From positions 1-64,000 of IMG/VR virus record IMGVR_UViG_3300025162_000041: a DNA stretch of 64,000 nucleotides, one strand, 5' to 3'. The notes beneath the pieces are model-generated. The model made no database searches. It was given only the letters and a program-made list of their open reading frames with translations, and was not told the DNA's origin. Shown here piece after piece: positions 1 to 9,876 of this stretch (within the stretch, counting starts at the first letter, position 1; the number at the start of each line of letters is the position of its first letter). Source of the DNA: a virus. A program made the position numbers and the translations under genes.

Positions 1-200
1 CTTCTGGTCTATTCACAAAACGATGCTTGATTGATTTTACTGGATAGAAGCAATTATTTTCTACTATCCAAACCATGTATCAAAGAACTGTGATATGTAT
101 AACAGGAATTAAGAAGAATGTCAACAGAAATTATTAATTATATTTCGTTGCTCCTCCCCGAGGCTAAAGCCATCGGGGTTTCCGCAACGAAAGGAAAAAT
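1..200 (-). mobile_element. Non-autonomous IS200/IS605-family element (left part, cut by window edge); second copy of the 42843-43239 element
   Basis: About 90% identical by eye to the reverse complement of 42843-43043. Left-end hairpin at 156-178, guide GAAA (minus) and target TCAT, the reverse complement of ATGA at 201-204. Confidence 0.85.
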
Positions 201-1010
201 ATGAATGGCGAAATCTTTTTCAATATGTTTAGGGAACCACATCCATTTTATGGACATTCTGAGTTCATGTTGAAACGATGGCGTAAATATACGATTTATG
301 CTCAGTCGGGGTCATATGTCCGTTCGGATAATCCTTCGGAAATTGCAATTCACAGCAGTTCGGTTCGTCATATGACGGCTACAACTACTTATACCATTCC
401 CGACAGTCCAAAAGCAAACGTGTATTCCACAAATTCCATATATTTGTATGACTATGTGGTTGTCAGTGACAAATGGTTTTTAAGCAATGTCTATACTGCT
501 TCTACTGTTGATTCCACTCCCGCTTTGGATTACTATCATGATACAATTACAAATCAATGGACTCATAGTATAAATACTTGGCAAAATAGTCCAAATTCTG
601 TTACGAATGATTACTTATGGAGATACAATCCAACAGCATCATTGGTTGCGGGGTATCCGGTATATGGATATTCAACATTGACACAATATCACATACCTCC
701 TCCCCCTGAGAGTTATGAGACGTTAATGAAGACTCCTATTTTCAGGAATACTGATGGTACATATTTTGAGATTATTCGTGGATACCCGAGAAACCATTAC
801 ACTCACAAACGGGGATATTTTGCTTTGGATAGATTTACGATGTATGGATTTATTGACAAAACCGTGACTGTGGCGATGTATCGAAAGGGAATGCAGACTA
901 TTTCCACAACCATTGGTCCAAATGGATTAAGCGATGGAAGTAACCCTATTCAGGCAACTGTTGTCACGAACATTGATCTTATCAAGTCGGATAACGTAAT
1001 TTACCACTAA
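201..1010 (+). CDS. Virion structural protein, possibly the C-terminal fragment of a larger baseplate gene
   Basis: 269-aa Ser/Thr/Tyr-rich ORF heading a structural cluster; its ATG abuts the mobile element end. Confidence 0.5.
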   Translation: MNGEIFFNMFREPHPFYGHSEFMLKRWRKYTIYAQSGSYVRSDNPSEIAIHSSSVRHMTATTTYTIPDSPKANVYSTNSIYLYDYVVVSDKWFLSNVYTASTVDSTPALDYYHDTITNQWTHSINTWQNSPNSVTNDYLWRYNPTASLVAGYPVYGYSTLTQYHIPPPPESYETLMKTPIFRNTDGTYFEIIRGYPRNHYTHKRGYFALDRFTMYGFIDKTVTVAMYRKGMQTISTTIGPNGLSDGSNPIQATVVTNIDLIKSDNVIYH

Positions 1011-1081
1011 AAACCATCGGTTCACTGATACTTATAGATGAATACTTTTTATGGAAAACAAAAAGAATAGGATAAAATAAC

Positions 1082-1726
1082 ATGAGCTTTATTGACAACC
1101 AGAGCATCACTGTTGATGCAGTTCTTACCCAAAAGGGGCGACAACTTCTCGCACAGAATGGTAATTTGAATATAACCAGCTTTGCTCTTGCAGACGACGA
1201 AATTGATTATACTTTATATCAGCCAAATCATCCACAAGGCAGTGCCTTCTATGATATTGCCTTGCGTAACACCCCAGTCTTTGAGCCGCTTACTGACGAA
1301 ACGCAAGTGATGAAATACAAACTCGTTACGCTTAATCAAGGTGTAACGTCTATTCCAGTCATCACTATTGCTCAGGACAAGATTCTAGTAACGAAGGATT
1401 ACACGGGCGATATTATCATTAGCCCTTCCACGAATCCCGCGTATAATTTGCAATCAGGTTATACAGCGATTCTTGGAAACAAGAATGTAGGTATTTTGAT
1501 TGTCCAGCAAACCAATGCGGTTAATTCTGTTTCTAACACTGTTCCAACTTTTGCGGGTGACATTAATATTGCAAGTGCTCAAGTAGTTGTTGGGAATTCA
1601 TTCCGTTTTGTCCCGAATAGTGGGTTGAATAAGACGACTACAACTAATTTAACAATCGTTGGAAATGAATCGGGAGGAAGTACTTCCATCGAAGTCACCA
1701 TAACAGTTCCTCCATCGACACAGTAA
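1082..1726 (+). CDS. Phage structural (baseplate/tail-associated) protein
   Basis: VDAVLTQKGRQLLA...ITSFALADDEIDY resembles tail/baseplate proteins of large phages; TACTTATA late-type motif upstream. Confidence 0.6.
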   Translation: MSFIDNQSITVDAVLTQKGRQLLAQNGNLNITSFALADDEIDYTLYQPNHPQGSAFYDIALRNTPVFEPLTDETQVMKYKLVTLNQGVTSIPVITIAQDKILVTKDYTGDIIISPSTNPAYNLQSGYTAILGNKNVGILIVQQTNAVNSVSNTVPTFAGDINIASAQVVVGNSFRFVPNSGLNKTTTTNLTIVGNESGGSTSIEVTITVPPSTQ

Positions 1727-1730
1727 GTAT

Positions 1731-2891
1731 ATGATATTCAATCAATTTGACCCAAATAAAGACGTAGTAGCTGGTCGTGTTACCCGTGTAGCGAGTGGAT
1801 TTTGGCCCGACGGTTCTCCAAATTGGGGCCAAGAAAATTTCATGGATGACTTTTGGCGTATTACAGGATCGGGAACTCCATCTCCATCATATGGAACTTC
1901 ATATTACGATGTTCGATATACAATGTATTATTTGAATGTGTTTCCAGATCAATCTTCTTACATTAATTATGATCCCTACTTCTCGATTGCATATGGACAT
2001 TTTTATGGTGATGTGGGAAGTGGTTCGTTTACTGTGGAATCCGCAAGTATCGGAGCTTCCCCAACCAAGGCTATCTACAGCCAATACAAGAATATTCTAC
2101 TTTCCAATTCTGATGTAAATGCTACGGCCAATGGAATGTTTTCCATGATGAGTGCCAGCACTACGACTATGGCAGAGGACATTTGGGTCATTAATTTCTC
2201 GGCTTACAAGATGAAAGATCGAATTGATGAAGGATTGTTGCAATTGAATTTTAGTGGTTCGGGTGGGTTAGTAACTCTTATTGATGACTCAATTTATTCA
2301 CAACAAAATCAATACGTATATCAACTTGTTACGGGAAGTTTGACAAACCCGTTTAACAGTGCGATTTATGGAGGTTTTGGACTTTTCTATCCGCAAATTG
2401 GAATTGTAGTTCTCAATGCCTCTCTTCTGGCTGCAAAGCTTGATATTAATAGTGGTTCGGGAGTAGGAACAGGAGCGGGAGATGGCCCATGTCTTGATGG
2501 TTCATGGCCATATATTTCTGGTTCATTGCCAGGAAATATTCAATACACTTACAATCACAAGACTCTTTTCGAATCTATGAATCTGGCTTCTGGGAAATTT
2601 ATGAATGTTCGCAAATCGGAATATGTCCCCGCTCGGCATTATTTTGTTCGTGTTATGAACCGAGATTTTAATTATAGTAACAATCCGACGTATGTGTATG
2701 ACGGAACTGATAATAAGCATCCGAAGGGTCAAATTTATAACTCGGAATTTATCACGGACCCACGAACGTATATTACAACAATTGGGTTGTATAATGATAA
2801 CAATGAACTTTGCGCCGTTGCAAAATTGAGTAGACCAGCAATGAAAGATTTCTCAAATGAATTATTAGTAAAAGTACGATTGGACTGGTAG
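1731..2891 (+). CDS. Phage baseplate/tail-fibre-associated structural protein
   Basis: C-terminal YITTIGLYND..ELCAVAKLSRP..K......VKVRLDW motif, shared with 6779-9202. Confidence 0.6.
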   Translation: MIFNQFDPNKDVVAGRVTRVASGFWPDGSPNWGQENFMDDFWRITGSGTPSPSYGTSYYDVRYTMYYLNVFPDQSSYINYDPYFSIAYGHFYGDVGSGSFTVESASIGASPTKAIYSQYKNILLSNSDVNATANGMFSMMSASTTTMAEDIWVINFSAYKMKDRIDEGLLQLNFSGSGGLVTLIDDSIYSQQNQYVYQLVTGSLTNPFNSAIYGGFGLFYPQIGIVVLNASLLAAKLDINSGSGVGTGAGDGPCLDGSWPYISGSLPGNIQYTYNHKTLFESMNLASGKFMNVRKSEYVPARHYFVRVMNRDFNYSNNPTYVYDGTDNKHPKGQIYNSEFITDPRTYITTIGLYNDNNELCAVAKLSRPAMKDFSNELLVKVRLDW

Positions 2892-2926
2892 TTACGAGTT
2901 CTCAAAAGATAAAACTACGATTTGAA

Positions 2927-4102
2927 CTAAACTATTTTCCGCAATCCCGACCCGATGGGGCGGGTTAGGAAAATCATTGACAATAAAACAGAAACATGAT
3001 AGGATACAAAATGGTTCAATACCAAGTTAAACTAAAACTCAGCAAGACGCAGGAGAAACGACTCAATGATTGGTTGTGGAACTTGACTGGTGTTTGGAAC
3101 TGGGCTTGCCGGAAGATTGAACTAAACGCTAAAGACAAAATCTACTTCTCTCCGAAGAATTTTCAAAACTTGTTGGCAAACCACTCTAAAATCCTTGATA
3201 TTCCGTCTCATACTATCCAAGGAACATTGCTAACTGCACATGATGCTTGGTCAAGATGCTTAAAAAGATTGGCGAAGAAACCAAAACTCAAAGGAAAACG
3301 AAGACCGCTTAACTCTATTCCTTTTCCAGACCCCGTTAAGATTGTCAGCAATAAAGTAAGTATTCCCAATGTTGGATGGATTAACTTCCACAAACAATGG
3401 ATTCCGGAAGGAAAAATCAAGTGTGGACGAATCTGCAAGCGAGCATCTGGCTGGTATATGTGCTTATTCGTTGATGCCAAGCCAAAAGAGATACCAAAGG
3501 TTGGCAATGGAAAAGTAGGTATAGACCCCGGGTTCAAAGACCTGTTGACTTTTGATAATGGCGAGAAAATAACTCACCCGAAAGAGTTGAGATGGTCCGA
3601 AAAACGATTGGCTCAATCTCAACGGGGGAATCGGAAGAGGTTGTCTGCTCGTCTTAACGAGAGAATTAAGAACCGAAGGAAAGACCGGAATCACAAACTC
3701 TCAAGGAAGTTGGTTGCTGAGAACGATACTATTTGTTTTCTCCGAGACAATCATCGGGTGATTTCTAAACGATTTGGAAAGTCCGTAGCCGATTCTGCTC
3801 ATGGACAACTCAGGAAAATGTTGGAATATAAGTGCCTTACCGGCGATACGAAACTCATTTTCCCAGAGAACAGAAATTCCACAAGGACTTGCAGTCATTG
3901 TGGGGCCTTAACTGGTCCTACGGGCTTAGCAGGACTTAAGGTACGGGAATGGGATTGCGGAGTATGTGGTACTCATCACGACCGGGATACAAACTCGGCA
4001 CGTAACGCACTTATTCTTGGGGTCGGACGGACCCACGAGGTTGTCTATGCTTAATCACATGGATAAGTCAGGAATCCCAGAGCGATGCTCTGGGAGCGTC
4101 AA
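2927..4102 (+). mobile_element. IS200/IS605-family (IS1341-type, tnpB only) element 1
   Basis: Target TGAA 2923-2926; left guide CAAT 2942-2945 and hairpin 2946-2964; right guide GAAT 4072-4075, hairpin CCCAGAGCGATGCTCTGGG 4076-4094, terminal TCAA 4099-4102. Confidence 0.9.
2996..4054 (+). CDS. tnpB: TnpB RNA-guided endonuclease (likely start ATG 3011)
   Basis: N-terminal HTH, RuvC-I GIDPG, Zn ribbon CSHC/CGVC, RuvC-III DRDTNSARN. TTGACA(2977)-N17-TAGGAT promoter favours the 3011 start. Confidence 0.92.
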   Translation: MIGYKMVQYQVKLKLSKTQEKRLNDWLWNLTGVWNWACRKIELNAKDKIYFSPKNFQNLLANHSKILDIPSHTIQGTLLTAHDAWSRCLKRLAKKPKLKGKRRPLNSIPFPDPVKIVSNKVSIPNVGWINFHKQWIPEGKIKCGRICKRASGWYMCLFVDAKPKEIPKVGNGKVGIDPGFKDLLTFDNGEKITHPKELRWSEKRLAQSQRGNRKRLSARLNERIKNRRKDRNHKLSRKLVAENDTICFLRDNHRVISKRFGKSVADSAHGQLRKMLEYKCLTGDTKLIFPENRNSTRTCSHCGALTGPTGLAGLKVREWDCGVCGTHHDRDTNSARNALILGVGRTHEVVYA

Positions 4103-4122
4103 TATGTCGCATGATAAAGCAC
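4030..4122 (+). ncRNA. Predicted omegaRNA 3' region of TnpB element 1 with flanking guide (TATGTCGCATGATAAAGCAC)
   Basis: TnpB omegaRNAs overlap the tnpB 3' end and right end, with the guide in the 3' flank; the 5' boundary here is approximate. Confidence 0.6.
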
Positions 4123-5310
4123 ATCAATCACCAGAATGTCTCAACGACGCCATTCGTTGCGTCTAAGGCTCGTGCTTTATATAATATTCAGAACGATGAT
4201 TCTGTTATACTTGAGCCAGATGTTTATCTAAATGGCACCACTGTCTCCCTTGATTATGTTGATTACAATTATGGCGACCCTATAATCAATGGCGATTGTA
4301 ACATTGCTCTCGAACAGCAAGGACTTGACTCTATTGGTTATGAGGAAGGTATAACAGGATCGGGGACTTTCAATTCAGCTTCCGATGCACAAAATGCCGA
4401 CGGAACTTATAAAAGTCTTGTCCACCGTCAGATAAAAAATGCATTCTATAATCTATATCATAATCCAACGGAAATTTTTGGGATTGAACATATTGATTTT
4501 CCTCTAAGTAAAACCCTTCGTAATCTTTCCGAACAGTTTAGGATGTTTACTATTCCAAGACTTATTTTTGGAGATAAGATACAACCCAAGAGTGTCAAAT
4601 TTTATGATACTTTACTCGATGACAATGTGGAGATTTTTGATGATGGGTATCAAAATCTTATCGGCGGTTACAATCTGTTTTCTAAGATTCAAGAAGTACG
4701 GATATTGCCATCAGGTTCAAATTTGATTTTTCCTGGCACATCTAGTTATAATTGTATTACCTATGGTTCATTATTTATTACCGACCCACAAGATGTATAT
4801 GCGGATATTGGCACGACAATAATGTTTTGTATAACGGCTTCTGGAACGATGCCATTTTATTATCAATGGCAATCGGGAAGCATCTATTTGACGGATACTA
4901 GCAGGATTACAGGAAGCAATCAGATATGCTTAGTAATTAATAATGTCCAATTGTCAGATACAGGTAGTTATCAAATTTTAGTTAATAACTTGGAACAGGG
5001 GAAAACAAGTTCATACGCCATACTCCATGTTAATACGTATCCTCCAGTCATAGTCACTCAACCAGTTCCTGCTTCAAACGATATAGGAAATTATTTATCG
5101 TTTAGCGTAACAGCCAGTGGAGGACTCCCGATGTATTATCAATGGGAATCTGGAAGTACATTGTTGACGGATGGGACTAGAATTTCGGGAAGCTATCTGT
5201 CTGGACGTACTACATCTTCGTTATATATTAATGACTTAACACTTACTGATTCTGGAAGTTATCGTGTAATGATTAGTAACATCTTCGGCGTGGGTATGGA
5301 CATGGAGTAG
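4111..5310 (+). CDS. Structural protein with C-terminal Ig-like domains
   Basis: Two Ig-like repeats (ITDPQD...YYQW...DTGSYQI; IVTQP...YYQW...DSGSYRV); N-terminal half paralogous to 5332-6126. Confidence 0.65.
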   Translation: MIKHINHQNVSTTPFVASKARALYNIQNDDSVILEPDVYLNGTTVSLDYVDYNYGDPIINGDCNIALEQQGLDSIGYEEGITGSGTFNSASDAQNADGTYKSLVHRQIKNAFYNLYHNPTEIFGIEHIDFPLSKTLRNLSEQFRMFTIPRLIFGDKIQPKSVKFYDTLLDDNVEIFDDGYQNLIGGYNLFSKIQEVRILPSGSNLIFPGTSSYNCITYGSLFITDPQDVYADIGTTIMFCITASGTMPFYYQWQSGSIYLTDTSRITGSNQICLVINNVQLSDTGSYQILVNNLEQGKTSSYAILHVNTYPPVIVTQPVPASNDIGNYLSFSVTASGGLPMYYQWESGSTLLTDGTRISGSYLSGRTTSSLYINDLTLTDSGSYRVMISNIFGVGMDME

Positions 5311-5331
5311 GGTTATTCAATAACGAAAATT

Positions 5332-6126
5332 ATGCTTAAGCAACTCAAAAAAACGGATGTAATGACATCGCCGTTTCGTGCTACAAAGGCACGGGAGTTG
5401 TATAACATACAGAACCCCGACACGGTAATCTTGGAAGAATATTCGGGCAGTTCTATAATTCCTGAGACACAAGTCATTCTTGATTACATTGATTATGTAA
5501 CAGGAACTCCGCTTCTAAATCGTGATTGCTATATTGCACTGGAACAGCAATCGGATGATTTAGCAATTTATGAAGAAGGCACCAGTGGAAGCGTAAAAAC
5601 TTTTGATTCGGCTTCGGCAGAAATTAATATGAATACTGGAACATATAAGGAACTTCTTTATAATCAGATGTCTCGGGCGTTTTATAATAACTATCGAAAT
5701 CCAACTAAAATTTTTGGAATGGAAAATATTGACTTCCAGTTGAACAAGACAAACCTTTATATGGCGGACGAGTTCAGAATGTTTACCATTCCGAGGATTA
5801 TCATGGGGGATAAAATCGCTCCGGGAAGTGTTCAATTCCAGGATACATCATTTGATGATAATGTGAGTATTCAGGATGATTCTAACGGAAATCTTAATGC
5901 GGGAACCAATCTCTTCTCAAAGATTCAAGAAGTCCGTGTCTTTGGCAATTATATATTGTCGGGCACAGCGTTCTATGTATGTGATATATTTGTAGATAGT
6001 CCTCCGCTAGGATATATTTCATTAATGGCAAGCCTTGTATTGAGTAACAACTTACCATATGTTACCCCTTGGAATGACAATTTGATTTGGGATGACATTT
6101 TACATTGGTCGGATAATTCCGCATAA
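5332..6126 (+). CDS. Structural protein, paralog of the N-terminal domain of 4111-5310
   Basis: Shared motifs KARxLYNIQN, IALEQQ, FRMFTIPR, NLFSKIQEVR. Confidence 0.65.
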   Translation: MLKQLKKTDVMTSPFRATKARELYNIQNPDTVILEEYSGSSIIPETQVILDYIDYVTGTPLLNRDCYIALEQQSDDLAIYEEGTSGSVKTFDSASAEINMNTGTYKELLYNQMSRAFYNNYRNPTKIFGMENIDFQLNKTNLYMADEFRMFTIPRIIMGDKIAPGSVQFQDTSFDDNVSIQDDSNGNLNAGTNLFSKIQEVRVFGNYILSGTAFYVCDIFVDSPPLGYISLMASLVLSNNLPYVTPWNDNLIWDDILHWSDNSA

Positions 6127-6169
6127 TCTTAATATGATTCATATTTATAATGGAAACTTAAATTGACCT

Positions 6170-6745
6170 ATGTTCATCGCATCAATAACTTGGAATTATT
6201 CCCTTTTGGATCATACGGGATTTTTATTGCAACGTTCGATTGATTCTGGGTCGGTTTGGTCCACAAATTATGCACTCCCATCATCCATTTATTCATATTT
6301 GGATGCTGCCATTGTTCCATATGGGTCATATTGGTATCGAGTTGCCGCAACCAATCGGTATGGAACTGGGTCTTGGAGCAATATTGGATATGTATTTGTT
6401 CCCCCTGCAATACCAGATGGTCCATATGATCTTACGGTATCAAGTGGTTCTTCTATTTTAACTTGGAAGAGCGGAAGTTCTGGCCAGGAATATTTTGCTA
6501 TTCAAACGGCTCTTGACAATACCCCAAGTTCATTTACTAATTTAGGTGTATCTCTTGTTATACCTTACACAGATTCTTTTGTATCTTCAAGTGAAACTGG
6601 AAACACTTATTGGTATCAGGTTGCGGCGGTCAACATTAGTGGAACGTCTAGTTTCACCAATACGGCAAGTATTTTATTTGGTAATCCTCCACCACCGCCG
6701 TATGATTTAATTTCTGTCAGTGGGTCTGGTTCTTTCTTCCTATAA
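6170..6745 (+). CDS. Fibronectin type III domain protein
   Basis: Two FN3-like repeats (YWYRVAATN, YWYQVAAVN); ATATTTATA at 6141. Confidence 0.65.
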   Translation: MFIASITWNYSLLDHTGFLLQRSIDSGSVWSTNYALPSSIYSYLDAAIVPYGSYWYRVAATNRYGTGSWSNIGYVFVPPAIPDGPYDLTVSSGSSILTWKSGSSGQEYFAIQTALDNTPSSFTNLGVSLVIPYTDSFVSSSETGNTYWYQVAAVNISGTSSFTNTASILFGNPPPPPYDLISVSGSGSFFL

Positions 6746-6778
6746 ATTAGAGTGGGCTGATATGTATAGGGTATTGTT

Positions 6779-9202
6779 ATGTTCGTAAAAGTTAAAAATG
6801 AAAATTACGGCTACGCAGTGACCACGTATGGCAATTATGTTGCGGTCTCCAATCCTGATCTTCTTCGGTGGAATCGTCTTACCGCCAGTGTGGAGCATAC
6901 AGGGTCTGTAGATGTTTTTCTGTATAATAAATCTAAGGATGAACATGATTACGTAGGCACTATCTATCAGCTTTGGAGACCGTTCGATGTAATGTTGAAT
7001 ACAGAAGCCAATAATTCTCCATCTGCATCAACTCCTATTTCTGCTGAAAGTTCTTCACTCGTCTTCTATTCCGAATATAATATTTGCATAGATAAAGACC
7101 TTTACACATCTTCTCTCGAAAATGGATTTGGGGTTTCCCTCGACATGTACGAGAAATTCCTGATAGTTGGGTCTCCCTACTTGACAGAGCTTTGTCTAAC
7201 TACAGGCAGTTTCATTACAGCATCATGGGCAATGGCCGAAATCTATGATTTGGCTCAAATTGAATGGACCGCGAATAGTGGAAGTGCTGCGGCATTTACT
7301 ATCGATGACCCGGATTTTAATTCACCATTGGTTGAAACTGCATCGTTCGGAACGGCTGTTTCTATCAATAAAGATTGGGCAGCAATTGGTTCCCCATATT
7401 ACAATGGATCAAGTGGAGCAGTTTACTTGTATAAGAATTACACGGTAGGAAATAACTACTCGTGGTCTTTGTTTCAGAAACTCGAACTTGCAAATGCTGT
7501 TCCTGATACTAAGTTCGGGTTCAGTTTGAAATTGAACAAGTATGATGGCCCACATAGCTATAGTCTTGTTGTTGGAAGTGGAAATCCTTCAAATACGTCA
7601 GCATATTTGTTTGAATATAGCAACAATGCATGGTCCCAATCATATGTCTTCGCTCCAGATTATAGTGTCTATCCAATGACGTTTAACCCTGAGTATTATC
7701 CACAGCCGAGTAATCTCACAATGAGTAATTACAATGGATTTGGGTATTCGGTAGGAATCTATGGAGATTCGGTTATTGTCGGAGAACCATATGATCGACG
7801 GTTTTACGAATATAGTGGCTCATCTTTTTATGAGCAGGGTTCTGCTTATATCTTTGAACGTTGCCCAGGAACGTCGGGATGGATGCAAGTTTTGAAAACA
7901 TATGGAACCCCAACTACTCTTTACAATAATCGAATGGGATGGTCGGTTGATATGTTTGATGGAAAGGCTGTTGTAGGAATTCCGAAGATAGATGTTGTCG
8001 GAATGACTTCTTGCTATATCGCTGGAACATTGAATCAGTTACATTATTGTGGTGCTGATTTGCAAGCGTTACTATCTGGGCAAGATATGCTTTTGCAGAA
8101 AAATACTGGTTCGGGTATATGGGAAATTATTAATGTCTATCAAAGAAAAAAGAAGTATCTGAGTCCGTATCGTGATTATGGATTTGATGTGGCTATTGCG
8201 GATGAATCGATGGTGGTGGGTGCTCCGATGTATTTGTATGATGGCAACCGTAATATAAATATTGAAGTGACTCGTAGTGCAGATACGGATTTGGACGACC
8301 TTGCAGGAAAAGCATATATTTACAATTTCCACAATTTCCGTAATCAGTTTCATGTCGGAAATGTTTTCTATCGCAATGGAAAAATTATCATTATGACTTC
8401 GGGGTCTGTGTTCGATGGATTATTCTATTCTCCAGTCAATACTTACACTTACGAATACGACTTGACATTTAAGAGTCAGCATACTATTTTTGAGAAGCAA
8501 ATCATTTGCACAGTTGACCCAGGGGAATTCAATGTCAGCACAAATCCAACAGCGGTGGTTCAAACGCCTTCGATTTTGGATGTAAATGATAACGGAATCT
8601 TTGACTATCAAGATGTTGATGTAATTCTGAGTTATATGCAATACAAGAATACGTCTATTCTTGGCTTTCCAATCTCAACTGATTGGAGTTCATCTCTCGT
8701 CAAGACGGATGATGAGATAAGTCTACTTAATTATTATAAAGCAAATACAAATACGGTTACAACCCCTCAATTGATTAGCGAAAGTATAATTAGGTGGGAA
8801 ATGACTGATAAGAAAATGCAGACAACTCTTGACCTCAATGAGGATTTTCGCATTGATTATCGGGATATGAATATTATGTGGAAGTATTTTACTCACAGAT
8901 TGACTCAAGAAAACTATGCCACTTTTATCACTCCTTCATGTCATCGTCGCCTTTTTAGTGATGTCATGGACTATCTTGATGGATTAAGCCAGAAGTTCGC
9001 TAAACCCGCTATTAAGAGCGATTTCTTGGACTATGAGCGATTGACAGTGTTTGATAAGACAGGGAGTTATTTAATGCCTTATTGCACTACAATTGGATTA
9101 TATGACAATAACTTGCAAATGGTAGCCGTTGCTAAACTCGGCACGCCAATTAAAGTGACTCCAGAATTACCAATTAATTTTATAATTCGTATAGATTTCT
9201 AA
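6779..9202 (+). CDS. Structural protein with FG-GAP beta-propeller repeats and dockerin/EF-hand-like motifs
   Basis: FGVSLD, FGTAVSI, FGYSVGI, YGFDVAI repeats; DVNDNGIFDYQD; C-terminal TTIGLYD..VAVAKL. Confidence 0.65.
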   Translation: MFVKVKNENYGYAVTTYGNYVAVSNPDLLRWNRLTASVEHTGSVDVFLYNKSKDEHDYVGTIYQLWRPFDVMLNTEANNSPSASTPISAESSSLVFYSEYNICIDKDLYTSSLENGFGVSLDMYEKFLIVGSPYLTELCLTTGSFITASWAMAEIYDLAQIEWTANSGSAAAFTIDDPDFNSPLVETASFGTAVSINKDWAAIGSPYYNGSSGAVYLYKNYTVGNNYSWSLFQKLELANAVPDTKFGFSLKLNKYDGPHSYSLVVGSGNPSNTSAYLFEYSNNAWSQSYVFAPDYSVYPMTFNPEYYPQPSNLTMSNYNGFGYSVGIYGDSVIVGEPYDRRFYEYSGSSFYEQGSAYIFERCPGTSGWMQVLKTYGTPTTLYNNRMGWSVDMFDGKAVVGIPKIDVVGMTSCYIAGTLNQLHYCGADLQALLSGQDMLLQKNTGSGIWEIINVYQRKKKYLSPYRDYGFDVAIADESMVVGAPMYLYDGNRNINIEVTRSADTDLDDLAGKAYIYNFHNFRNQFHVGNVFYRNGKIIIMTSGSVFDGLFYSPVNTYTYEYDLTFKSQHTIFEKQIICTVDPGEFNVSTNPTAVVQTPSILDVNDNGIFDYQDVDVILSYMQYKNTSILGFPISTDWSSSLVKTDDEISLLNYYKANTNTVTTPQLISESIIRWEMTDKKMQTTLDLNEDFRIDYRDMNIMWKYFTHRLTQENYATFITPSCHRRLFSDVMDYLDGLSQKFAKPAIKSDFLDYERLTVFDKTGSYLMPYCTTIGLYDNNLQMVAVAKLGTPIKVTPELPINFIIRIDF

Positions 9203-9280
9203 TCTGTAACTTTTTCGACCGAATTGTTAAATAGCGATATATTTATATCTAGACGAGAACAAATTTAACCATACAATTCT

Positions 9281-9592
9281 ATGCCAATGCCAACGCCAAG
9301 ACCTTCGCTCCTTACAACACTTGATCAACGCTATGCAGTACAACATGCAGGATCAGCGTTCGAAGTTAAAGATATACTTGAAGCTCCAGGTGTACAACCC
9401 CAAGCAGGAACAACTATTGACGCTTTTAGTATGAACGGGGAGGCTTTCCAAATTCCCAATGGATTCCAAGTAAAAATGCTTCAGCAGGAATCGCAACTCA
9501 TAGCGGTTGTGTCTAATAATACCGTGGGACTCTCCCGCTATGTAGAAAACTTGGACCGCACAAGGTATCATCCGACGCTTCCATTGCCCTAA
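9281..9592 (+). CDS. Hypothetical protein
   Basis: 103-aa ORF after TATTTATA (9240). Confidence 0.55.
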   Translation: MPMPTPRPSLLTTLDQRYAVQHAGSAFEVKDILEAPGVQPQAGTTIDAFSMNGEAFQIPNGFQVKMLQQESQLIAVVSNNTVGLSRYVENLDRTRYHPTLPLP

Positions 9593-9631
9593 AGGAATAG
9601 GAAGTTTCTTCCTCTGAACGTTATAAAAACG

Positions 9632-9654
9632 AACCCCGCTCTTTTGCGGGGTTT
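9632..9654. terminator. Hairpin terminator, possibly bidirectional
   Basis: AACCCCGC-TCTTTT-GCGGGGTT flanked by A/T runs. Confidence 0.55.
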
Positions 9655-9656
9655 AT

Positions 9657-9860
9657 ATTTCGTGTCGCCTGAAAACCCCTATCCCTTTAGGGAACGAGAA
9701 CGATAATGGAGTTGAAAGACCGAGTTTTCACTTGTTCTTGTGGTCTATCTTTAGACCGAGACATAAACGCTGCGAGAAACATTTTGAGATTGGGAAGACA
9801 ATCTCTTGCTTGTAATAAAGCATAGAAGCCCCGACCCTTTAGGGTCGTGGGAGTTTTCAC
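9657..9860 (+). mobile_element. Internally deleted IS605 element keeping the tnpB 3' tip and omegaRNA/right end
   Basis: Target TTAT 9653-9656, guide AAAA 9672-9675. Half left hairpin fused to a frame reading GTRTIMELKDRVFTCSCGLSLDRDINAARNILRLG. Right guide GAAG 9825, hairpin 9829-9851, terminal TCAC 9857-9860. Confidence 0.88.
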
Positions 9861-9876
9861 ATTGTACGTATGATAT

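Noticed and set aside
5308-5331. Genome-wide TAG recoding
   Set aside because: Other TAG codons end genes at natural positions (e.g. 2891, 29669, 36273) and long genes are not fragmented.
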